This document shows positions 1 through 7,726 of a stretch of 21,139 nt of DNA, in pieces; position 1 is the stretch's first letter; every line of letters starts with the position of its first letter. Made by a program: the position numbers and the translations under genes. Source of the DNA: Candidatus Baldrarchaeum yapensis (GTDB taxonomy: Archaea > Asgardarchaeota > Baldrarchaeia > Baldrarchaeales > Baldrarchaeaceae); the NCBI GenBank assembly GCA_016840465.1, contig JAEOSH010000042.1, positions 1-21,139 on the forward strand, read 5' to 3'. A model generated the notes under the pieces. The model saw only the letters and a program-made list of their open reading frames with translations, did no database searches and had not been told where the DNA came from.

Positions 1-215
1 GCACCAGAAATTAAAACATCACCGCGCATTCTTTGATAAAAAAGCGGAAGTTTAGGCGGTAATTCTTCCCCCTTCTTCCTAGGGGTGGGAGGCGATGGTT
101 GCATAAGCAGTAATGGGATTATTAACGTAATCATCAGCAGTAGGAGCATGAACGCTATGAATCCCCGCCGATCACCAACCAGTCCCGAGCGCTTAACCGC
201 ACGGATAAAACGCAT
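1..215 (-). CDS. Partial CDS (runs off left edge); secreted/membrane-anchored protein with putative class III (type IV pilin-like) signal peptide
   Basis: Not in ORF track. ATG at 215-213 preceded by GAGGAGGT (228-221). The frame is open to the window edge: MRFIRAVKRSGLVGDRRGFIAFMLLLLMITLIIPLLLMQPSPPTPRKKGEELPPKLPLFYQRMRGDVLISG. RG|FI followed by a hydrophobic stretch fits the FlaFind-type [KR][GA][ALIFQMVED][ILMVTAS] motif. Confidence 0.75.
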   Translation of the reverse strand, partial: MRFIRAVKRSGLVGDRRGFIAFMLLLLMITLIIPLLLMQPSPPTPRKKGEELPPKLPLFYQRMRGDVLISG

Positions 216-374
216 TGACTACCTCCTCACGTCGAAGCGTTATCCCCTAAAAGAATATTGACATAACGCCAACGCCGGTGCACGTGTTAGACCTTTTGTC
301 AGAACATTAAATAACACTATCGGCTTAACACCATGCTACGCCCCGCAACGAAAATCCTCCGAGAATTACGCCCT

Positions 375-1982
375 TCACCGCATCTCAACCCTTCTCATGA
401 GCGCCCTCAAAATTCTCTCACCAATGACTACGAGCAGAACGGATATTCCGGCAACTACGAAAATAAGATATGGAATGCTTATTACTAAGAAAAATAGTAG
501 CATCTGGAGCCCCGCAAACGCCCCAGCGACTGCCATCACGAGCATCATGATGAATTGCAGAGCCGGATCCCTCTGCACCTCCTCGGTATAGTAAAGCACT
601 GGCGAGAGGGGGCTCACCTTCACCCTTGTCCCCCATCGCACCCCTGTCCACCCCATCACCGGTATCATCAGCAGCACGTAGAAGGTCACGACCACAAACG
701 CCGCCGCTATCACTAGAGGATCTAGCGTAAGAACCATCATTGCGGCGGTCATCAAGGGCGCTATCATTCCCACAAGTAGCAGTTTTACAAAGATTATACG
801 TGCAATATCATTATCATTCACACCATTGCTCCTGTAAATCCAAAAACACTTCATCTCGTCAATCACGGATCCTACCATTAACGCCGCAATTGTTATAAAT
901 ATTACAATTCCGAATATCGGTCCCATGAACTCCCAAAACTCGTAAAGATCGCCGGATCCACCGAAAAGACCGACAAGATCCCCTAAAAATCTGACGAGTA
1001 AAGAGACCGTTGCCACGAGCGGTACTCCATACTTGTATATGGCAAAAATCTTGTACCGCTTTAAGTCGATAAAAATCTTTGATGTGAGAATTCTATTCAT
1101 ATCTACCATCTCCGCAAATCTGACAATCCCCGCCTCCTCTACTTTTCCGGTCTTGTCCCTGAGGTGCGGACCCGCTCCTATGAGAGTTACTATTTCTGGG
1201 GATACCCCCCGTGAGAGCCTCCTCAAAATGAACAATACCAGCGAGACCGAAAACACAGAGGACAGCGCTATTAACCCGAAAAATGGAAAGAAACTCCTCG
1301 ACATCAGGCCGACAATCAGATAAGCTACGGGTGCGCCTAGGAGTTGCGCAAATACTGGTACGGAACTGGTCAACACTCCAACTTCTACCGATAGCATCAG
1401 CCATAGCGCTCCCACGATCCTTAAAATTCTTTTCCTTCCCACAAGTTCCGCAAGATGGGTGATAACGATCCCCGTGTAATACAGCAACATCGCATAGAGC
1501 AATAAGAGAATAAACGCCGCGTACAACAGCGGGATTCGCCAGAGGGGTAAATTCAGTAGGGCGACCGGGAGAGGAAGGTATATAAACAGAATGACAGCGC
1601 CGACAAGTGGAGCAAGCACTCCCCCAAATATTGCTCTACCCACTACATATTCGTCCACTTCTATCGGCTGTGATAGAAGAAATGAATATTCCGCCGCCGA
1701 CATGATGCGTATCCTGCTCTGGCCACGTATTATCGGAATCCAGAACAGAAGCGATAGGAAGAACGATAGTAAGGCCGCGATAAGATACTTATCGACCCCG
1801 AATCTTTCAAGAACGTCAAGAATCCCCGCGCCGCCATGTCCCCCACTTAAAAACACCGAAAGAACTACCGGTATCTGTGACACGACAACAAATATCTGAA
1901 ACGCGAGCAACTTCCTTTGCTCCCTAAAACTTCCAACATAGTTCTTAAATAGAATCCCCGCTACCAGAATGTCCCTCCGCAC
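375..1982 (-). CDS. ABC-2-type exporter permease, 535 aa, multi-pass, two repeated halves
   Basis: About 12 or more hydrophobic segments. The motif EYSFLLSQPIEVDEYVVGR and a second-half counterpart (EMKCFWIYRSNGVNDNDIARIIFVK) are typical of ABC-2 permeases. Starts 1 nt after the ATPase stop. Confidence 0.8.
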   Translation of the reverse strand: MRRDILVAGILFKNYVGSFREQRKLLAFQIFVVVSQIPVVLSVFLSGGHGGAGILDVLERFGVDKYLIAALLSFFLSLLFWIPIIRGQSRIRIMSAAEYSFLLSQPIEVDEYVVGRAIFGGVLAPLVGAVILFIYLPLPVALLNLPLWRIPLLYAAFILLLLYAMLLYYTGIVITHLAELVGRKRILRIVGALWLMLSVEVGVLTSSVPVFAQLLGAPVAYLIVGLMSRSFFPFFGLIALSSVFSVSLVLFILRRLSRGVSPEIVTLIGAGPHLRDKTGKVEEAGIVRFAEMVDMNRILTSKIFIDLKRYKIFAIYKYGVPLVATVSLLVRFLGDLVGLFGGSGDLYEFWEFMGPIFGIVIFITIAALMVGSVIDEMKCFWIYRSNGVNDNDIARIIFVKLLLVGMIAPLMTAAMMVLTLDPLVIAAAFVVVTFYVLLMIPVMGWTGVRWGTRVKVSPLSPVLYYTEEVQRDPALQFIMMLVMAVAGAFAGLQMLLFFLVISIPYLIFVVAGISVLLVVIGERILRALMRRVEMR

Positions 1983-1983
1983 A

Positions 1984-2745
1984 TCAACCCCCTCTCACCA
2001 CTGCAAGAAACACCTCCTCTAGTGTTGCGTCCTCTCCTCCAAGGGCTCTCCTCTTAAGTTCGTCGACTTCACCTTCCGCTATGAGCACGCCCTTATTTAT
2101 TATTCCAACCCTCGTACAGAACCTCTCGACCATGTCCAGCATGTGGCTCGATATGAGAGCGGTGCTCCCATTCCTGACCAGTTTGCGAACTTCCTCCTTA
2201 AACACATGTTGGGCCTCTGGATCCATATTTGACATCGGCTCGTCCATTATGAGGACACGAGGCCTCGGTAGAAACGCGGATATCACGGCAAGCTTCTGCA
2301 ACATTCCGCGCGATAGGGTTTTTATGAGATCTCTCTCCTTTTCCTGTAGGTCAAATATTGAGAGGTAGCGTTCTATTCTTTCCTTAAGAATGTCCCTAGG
2401 AATTCCCCTTAACCTTCCGATGAACTCTAAAAACTCCCGCACCACCAGATTCGGAAAAATGTACGGATCCTCCGGAACGTAACCCACGTTTCTGAGAGCC
2501 TCCACTCGGTACCTATGCAAATCTATCCCCATTATTCTTACATGCCCGCGATCGGGCTTCAGAAGTGAAACTAGGATTTTAAGCGTGGTGGTCTTACCGG
2601 CGCCATTCGGACCGAGAAGCCCGTAGATTTCGCCCTCATTTATGACGAGGTTCAATCCTCTCAGGGCAACTGTTGACCCATACGACTTAACTAGGCCATA
2701 CGCCTCGATTACCGGAAGTCTCATCCCGCGGCCCAACTTCATCAC
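1984..2745 (-). CDS. ABC transporter ATP-binding protein (ABC-2/drug-exporter subfamily)
   Basis: Walker A GPNGAGKTT, signature LSRGMLQK, Walker B VLIMDEP, H-loop SSH, C-terminal TLEEVFL. Confidence 0.95.
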   Translation of the reverse strand: MMKLGRGMRLPVIEAYGLVKSYGSTVALRGLNLVINEGEIYGLLGPNGAGKTTTLKILVSLLKPDRGHVRIMGIDLHRYRVEALRNVGYVPEDPYIFPNLVVREFLEFIGRLRGIPRDILKERIERYLSIFDLQEKERDLIKTLSRGMLQKLAVISAFLPRPRVLIMDEPMSNMDPEAQHVFKEEVRKLVRNGSTALISSHMLDMVERFCTRVGIINKGVLIAEGEVDELKRRALGGEDATLEEVFLAVVRGG

Positions 2746-2983
2746 CGGGCAGAAAAAACAAATAACGGTTCAAAGGAAGATAAAAGGTTGCCTCTTTTAG
2801 TTTAGCGGTGTGTGAAAGTAGCATTATTGTATGACAAATTTCAGTGGGGTGAGAGGGGCATGCCAGTCCTTCGTAATCATCTCCGTATGAAAACCGAAAG
2901 AAGAGAGCGGTAGAGTCCATCCAGCCGTAATGCCAGTCACAATCCCCGGCACGATACCCAGTCTCTCTAACAGGTGCACAAGG

Positions 2984-2997
2984 TTAAATTTTAAAAC
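2984..2997 (+). promoter_or_regulatory. Candidate TATA box for hppA
   Basis: AT-rich TTAAATTTTAAAAC about 55 nt upstream of the hppA ATG, in the divergent ABC/hppA intergenic region. Confidence 0.4.
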
Positions 2998-3048
2998 GAG
3001 TACAATTTCCTAATCCTAAAGTATTAGTCAGGTTGCGAGGGAAGAAGC

Positions 3049-5232
3049 ATGCTCATGTTCATAGTAGGGTTGATACTTGCAACGGCAATCGCGGGCGTCG
3101 TGGGCGCAATAGGGTTCTTTTACCTTGTAAATAAATATGGAACCGGAACTGAGGAAATGCGGTCAGTGTGGGTGGGCATACGTCAGGGATCCAGCGCATA
3201 CCTTAACAGGCAGTTCAAGACAATTATGGGAATTGCGCTGATAATAGCGATCTTCATAGCACTTCTCGGAATAGCACTCCCCATACAGACGGAACATGGC
3301 CCAGACTACTATTATGGCGCGAAGATCGCGGGGTCGTTCATACTCGGTAGCCTATTCTCAATAACAGCGGCGTACATAAGCATGGACGCCTCAACGAGAG
3401 CAAACGTGAGGACAACCGCAGCGGCGGTCGAGAGCACCAGAAAGGCACTAACGGTCGCAACTTATGGAGGTGCAGTGTTAGGACTGATGGTCATTAGCAT
3501 GAGCCTCCTGGGACTGACAATCTTGTACATAATATTCAGAGACCCCGCAATACTCGCAGGATTCGGATTCGGAGCAAGCCTAGCAGCCCTATTCGCTCAA
3601 CTCGGTGGAGGAATTTACACAAAGGCTGCCGACATCGGTGCGGACCTGGTTGGTAAGGTTGAGGTCGGAATTCCGGAAGACGACCCGAGAAACCCGGCAG
3701 TGATCGCTGACCAAGTGGGCGACAACGTAGGTGACTGCGCAGGTAGAGGAGCGGACCTGTTCGAGTCCGTCACCGCTGAGAACCTCGGAGGTATGATCAT
3801 CGGAGTTATCCTCTACTTCATAACCGGAATAGAGCTGTTTATTATACTGCCATTGCTCGTCAGAGCAATCGGAATTCTGGCGACATTCATAGGGGTGGCG
3901 GTCTCCGTCAAGTATGAGAGGTTCAGCGACCCCATGACACCACTGCGAGTTGGGTTCTTCGTATCGGCCGCGGCATGCGCGATAATTCTGGGGCTTGTAC
4001 TGATGTTCCTGATTCCGGAAGCGGCACCACTCTACCTGTACGTTGCGGCCCTCACGGGAATAATTGCGAGCATCTTCATAGTGCTGGAAACGGAAATCTA
4101 TACCGCCAGTGAGTCCACTTACGTCAAAAGAACGGCCGAGTCCGCACAGACGGGAGCCGCGATCAACATCCTCTCGGGTCTCGCATCCGGTATGGAGTCC
4201 ACCGCGCTGCCAATAATAACGATAGCGGCAGCACTGGTGATCTCCTTCTGGCTCGGCATGGAGTGGGCGCAGGTCCTAGGATTTGACAAGTTCATCGGTG
4301 GAGTCTACGGAACAACAATGGCGACCATGGGAATGCTCTCTGTCTGTGGAATGGTACTGACGATGGACGGTGTGGGACCAATAGTCGACAACGCGGGTGG
4401 AATTGCCGAGTTAAGCGGGGCGGAGAAGGAATTAAGAGATAGATTGGATCCCCTAGACGCACTCGGAAACACAACGAAGGCGCTAACTAAGGGATATGCG
4501 ATGGCCTCCGCTGCGCTCGCCGCGCTCCTGCTGTTCCAAGCGTTCATCCTAGAAGTTGCGAGATACGAAGCGGGAATATGGGAGTTGACGAAACTCGATC
4601 CGGAAACTCTCAATTTGCTACTAAACAAGATTCACGGCTTCACTGATATGCTTGCTCTTAACAAGATAGTGGTAGTGATTGGTGCGTTCATTGGCGCAAT
4701 GATTCCGTTCCTGTTCTCAGCGACTGCAATTAGAGCCGTCGGAGACGCGGCACACGTGATGGTGGAGGAGGTCAGAAGGCAGTTCAGAGAAATACCCGGA
4801 CTGCTGGAGGGCAAGGCAAAGCCCGACTATTCCAGGTGTGTCGATATTAGCACCAAGTATGCACTCAAGAGAATGGTCGTACCGGGAGCCGTCGCAATAG
4901 TCTCGCCAATACTGGTCGGATGGCTGTTCGGATGGGTTGCAGTCGGCGCCCTCGTGGTGGGTGCCACCATAACGGGTGTGCCACTAGCGATAACGATGAT
5001 GTGGGGTGGATGTATCTGGGACAACGCAAAGAAGTACGTTGAGGCCGGACATTTCGGAGGAAAAGGATCCCCAACTCACGCGGCGGCGGTGGTCGGTGAC
5101 ACTGTTGGAGACCCGTTGAAGGACACCGCTGGCCCGAGCCTCCACATACTGATCAAGTTGCTCAACACGGTGTCACTGGTGTTCATACCGCTATTCCTCG
5201 CAGCGGTGCTCGCCGGAGTTTTCGTTATATGA
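3049..5232 (+). CDS. hppA: Membrane-bound proton-translocating pyrophosphatase, K+-independent type
   Basis: Motifs DIGADLVGKVE, EDDPRNPAVIADQVGDNVGD and GDTVGDPLKDTAGPS. GNTTKALTKG carries Lys at the position that marks K+-independent enzymes. 727 aa with many TM helices. Confidence 0.97.
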   Translation: MLMFIVGLILATAIAGVVGAIGFFYLVNKYGTGTEEMRSVWVGIRQGSSAYLNRQFKTIMGIALIIAIFIALLGIALPIQTEHGPDYYYGAKIAGSFILGSLFSITAAYISMDASTRANVRTTAAAVESTRKALTVATYGGAVLGLMVISMSLLGLTILYIIFRDPAILAGFGFGASLAALFAQLGGGIYTKAADIGADLVGKVEVGIPEDDPRNPAVIADQVGDNVGDCAGRGADLFESVTAENLGGMIIGVILYFITGIELFIILPLLVRAIGILATFIGVAVSVKYERFSDPMTPLRVGFFVSAAACAIILGLVLMFLIPEAAPLYLYVAALTGIIASIFIVLETEIYTASESTYVKRTAESAQTGAAINILSGLASGMESTALPIITIAAALVISFWLGMEWAQVLGFDKFIGGVYGTTMATMGMLSVCGMVLTMDGVGPIVDNAGGIAELSGAEKELRDRLDPLDALGNTTKALTKGYAMASAALAALLLFQAFILEVARYEAGIWELTKLDPETLNLLLNKIHGFTDMLALNKIVVVIGAFIGAMIPFLFSATAIRAVGDAAHVMVEEVRRQFREIPGLLEGKAKPDYSRCVDISTKYALKRMVVPGAVAIVSPILVGWLFGWVAVGALVVGATITGVPLAITMMWGGCIWDNAKKYVEAGHFGGKGSPTHAAAVVGDTVGDPLKDTAGPSLHILIKLLNTVSLVFIPLFLAAVLAGVFVI

Positions 5233-5248
5233 TCCACATCCCCACAAC

Positions 5249-5272
5249 TTCAAAAATTTATTATTTTTTGAA
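5249..5272. terminator. Probable bidirectional terminator between convergent genes
   Basis: TTCAAAAA...TTTTTGAA inverted repeat with A/T tracts just after the hppA stop. Confidence 0.45.
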
Positions 5273-5343
5273 ATCTTCTAGCAGATATCTCTCATTTCCT
5301 AAAAAGCCTCTTCCGATCGCGTGGGAATTCCGTTTTATTTTCG

Positions 5344-5739
5344 CTACAAAATAAACACCTGCACCTTTCTAAGCCTACCAGTACTTGCATCTGGTATCAT
5401 GCCTGCCGACTCCACGGTCGTGATTCCCACGACCACCGAATCGTCCACACCACTCTCCCTAAGAACTCTCTTAACGTTCTCGTTCATCTTAACGACTAAT
5501 ACTCTCTCGTAGTTGAGCACTTCTCCCTCTATCACAAACTCGCGAACGATCCCAATTTCGCCTTCCAGTTTGTGTCCCGTGATTCCCACAAGCCCCCTTC
5601 TCCTCCCCGTATAAATCACGCCTATAAAATCCGCTACTTTCTTGTCAATAACAGTAATGGCGGCTCCACCATCCACGAGCGCAGGATGACTACTCGAATT
5701 CCTACTCCCTTAAAGAACAACATGTGTCTTTACGAGCAT
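5344..5739 (-). pseudogene. Retropepsin-like (clan AA) aspartic protease, interrupted by in-frame TAA
   Basis: The single frame reads MLVKTHVVL*GSRNSSSHPALVDGGAAITVIDKKVAD...VVVGITTVESAG, with TAA at 5712-5710. ALVDxGA and the VG(I)TT(V)E motif are typical of small archaeal retropepsin-like proteins. The catalytic D-T/S-G is D-G-G here. Confidence 0.7.
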
Positions 5740-5753
5740 TATTATCCCGTTCT

Positions 5754-5931
5754 GACTCTCCGCCACTTTTGTTGCAATTGACGCGTGCGTGGCGGAGAGC
5801 CTTCCCGTCTCGGGGTCCATCGACGGGCCTTCGCGGGGAGCGGTACTCCGCACATCCATCTGACCCTTCGCTCCGCCCTTTCGGGCTTCCCTCCCTCTCA
5901 CCGTCCCTCCCACATCCCGGGCGGAGCCCGC
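5754..5931 (-). ncRNA. Candidate structured RNA / cis-regulatory leader of unknown family
   Basis: About 68% GC (hand count, 5761-5930). Stems: 5870-5878/5919-5927 (9 bp); 5754-5766/5789-5801 (13 bp with one G-U on the minus strand); GCCC-GAAA-GGGC (5875-5886); GCGG-AGUA-CCGC (5840-5851); CCCGUC/GACGGG (5804-5827). TATA box about 25 nt upstream. Confidence 0.5.
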
Positions 5932-5948
5932 TTAACACAGCAGAAGTC

Positions 5949-5964
5949 CTTTATAAGGGTTTTG
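5949..5964 (-). promoter_or_regulatory. BRE + TATA box (CAAAACCC-TTATAAAG) upstream of the structured element
   Basis: Minus-strand TTATAAAG at 5956-5949 with an A-rich BRE-like element upstream. Standard archaeal spacing puts the start site at about 5931, where the GC-rich segment begins. Confidence 0.55.
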
Positions 5965-6093
5965 AGGTTGCAAAGGTGCGTGAAGGCAGCAAATGCAACA
6001 CTATACGTTTCTGCCCCGATTCTTCCATTAAGCGTTTTCCTATAAAAACTCCGAGTTTTTAACATCAGAATCAATATGTCAGAGGAATACAAA

Positions 6094-6130
6094 TCTAAAA
6101 GAAAAAGAAGGAAGAAGAAAACTAACTAAA
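6094..6130 (-). terminator. Pyrimidine/T-rich terminator tract after the acyl-CoA ligase remnant
   Basis: Minus strand reads TTTAGTTAGTTTTCTTCTTCCTTCTTTTTCTTTTAGA immediately after the stop codon at 6135-6133. Confidence 0.5.
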
Positions 6131-6132
6131 TG

Positions 6133-6612
6133 TTAGGGTAACACGACATCCTTGTACTTCTCGCGCAGGACCTTCTTGTCCTTCTTCCCGACGCTCGTTT
6201 TTGGAATTGAGTCGACGAATTCGAACTTGTCCGGAATCCACCACTTCGGAATGACTTCCTGCTCCACGAACTTCATCAGGTGATTCCGTAGCTCATCCTC
6301 TATAATCTTGCCCTTGTACTCCGGCTTCGGAACTACGACCGCCAGAGATCGTTCACTCCACTTCTAGCTCCTGACTCCAATGACCGCAACCTTGGCAACC
6401 ACGGGATGCCTCGATATGAGATCCTCAAGTGTGGTCGTCGATATCCACTCACCACCGTTCTTCGTAACGTCCTTGGGCATGTCCACAATGAGAATATACC
6501 CTCCTCATCGACTTCCGCAACGTCTCCCGTCCTGAACCATCCATCTGGGGGTCTAGGACTCCGCAGTCCTCTCCGGATCCTTCCAGTAGCCAAGCGTGAG
6601 CCATATCAGGCG
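6133..6612 (-). pseudogene. C-terminal remnant of a fatty-acid/acyl-CoA ligase (AMP-binding family)
   Basis: Reconstructed: WLTLGYWKDPERTAES*(fs)DGWFRTGDVAEVDEEG(fs)...KDVTKNGGEWIS...HPVVAKVAVIGVRS*KWSERSLAVVVP...IPKWWIPDKFEFVDSIPKTSVGKKDKKVLREKY. TAG stops at 6555-6553 and 6366-6364, two frameshifts, and the N-terminal bulk of the gene is missing. Confidence 0.9.
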
Positions 6613-6999
6613 TCCTTCTGTCAGTTGGTTTGAGGCAGTATTACGATGCCAGCCGCGCCCTTCTACTTTTTCGCATACTTGTCATAGACAATCGTTAGCT
6701 TAGCAAGAGACAACCTTTTGGTGGGGCTCGATGCTACGGAGAATTTAAAATTATTTGAGAGCCTTGCAAAACCCCGTGGACGACCAGTCGCGGAAAGAAA
6801 CCATATATGAACTTTTTGAGAAAAACCAGCAAACCATATTGCGTTGAGCGGAATTATAATTCCTCGACATTCTTTGTGGCGAGATGTACGGAAGTTCCTG
6901 CCATGTGATGCTCACATATCAGCTGAAGGTGATTTCTTCATCATGCCGCCATGGAACACTAATATATCGGGTTAAGTATCGTATTTATGGTGGTACATT

Positions 7000-7275
7000 A
7001 TGTATCAAAAGAGATACAAAGTGAAGGTGCTGTCAGGCTACCGGATAACCATCCCTATGGAGGTCAGGGAAAGGTTCGGAATAAAAGTGGGGCAAGAACT
7101 CGAGATGGAGGTCGGGCCGGGAGAGATAAAAATAGTGGTTTCGAGAGATGATCCTGTTTTCGGGATGTTGGGAATCGCAGAGGGGGCGGTAAGGGAGAAG
7201 GGTGACGATCTTTTTGCAAGGGAGGTTGAAGAGAAGCTCCGAAGAGGGCGGGAAAATGAGGTTCGTGGACGCTAA
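7000..7275 (+). CDS. vapB: AbrB/MazE/SpoVT-family antitoxin (VapB-like)
   Basis: KVLSGYRITIPMEVRERFGIKVGQELEMEV is the AbrB-fold signature. Overlaps the downstream PIN-domain gene by 20 nt. Confidence 0.88.
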   Translation: MYQKRYKVKVLSGYRITIPMEVRERFGIKVGQELEMEVGPGEIKIVVSRDDPVFGMLGIAEGAVREKGDDLFAREVEEKLRRGRENEVRGR

Positions 7276-7726
7276 TATTTTCATAAACTGAATGTCAGCG
7301 GGACGGAAGCTAAAACTAGATGAGGCCCTCTCGGGTTATATACTTTTCAAAATTTCCAGATATGAGCGCGCACTCACAACCACGCTCGTAAAGGATGAGG
7401 TTCTGATATGGTTATCGAGACACAGGGCTAGCGCGCTGGCAAAGTTTCTGAACTCGGTAAGAATGATGCCGAACCTCGAAATAGTGGTCCCCACGATGGA
7501 GGACGAGAAGTTTGCGGTCGAAAACTTCGGCAAGTATTCCCTCGGAATTTCCGATCTTATAAACTTGGGGGTCATGAAGAGACTGGGAGTGAATGAAATC
7601 TACACCACCGATAAAGGTTTCGAGAATGTAGGCGTCAAGGTGGTATTTTCCGAATTGAAGAGTGAAAGCGAGTTTGAGGAATTCCTATTGGAACTAAAAC
7701 GGCGAGGCTATGAGGTTAAGACCTGA
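7256..7726 (+). pseudogene. vapC: PIN-domain toxin (VapC) with in-frame TGA at codon 12
   Basis: ATG 7256: MRFVDANIFIN*MSAGRK...VKDEV...ISDLI...YTTDKGF. TGA at 7289-7291. The conserved acidic PIN residues are otherwise present. The ORF-track call (7292-7726) lacks the first catalytic Asp. Confidence 0.85.

Noticed and set aside
2800-2980. TGCCAGTC direct repeat (about 2861 and 2931) and a short hydrophobic minus-strand peptide
   Set aside because: An 8-bp match in two copies is within chance, and there is no start or SD support for the peptide.
5754-5931. tRNA, RNase P, SRP, C/D or H/ACA identity for the GC-rich element
   Set aside because: No T-loop GTTCRAATC, no GAGGAAAGUCC, no SRP helix-8 motif, no clear UGAUGA/CUGA pair and no ACA tail after the stems.
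5702-6092. ORF-track calls 5724-6062(+), 5785-6045(+), 5702-5938(-), 5710-5913(-), 5898-6092(-)
   Set aside because: Arg/Pro/Gly/Ser-rich, mutually overlapping ORFs expected from a GC-rich stop-poor segment. Only the last 9 codons of 5710-5913 belong to the protease pseudogene.
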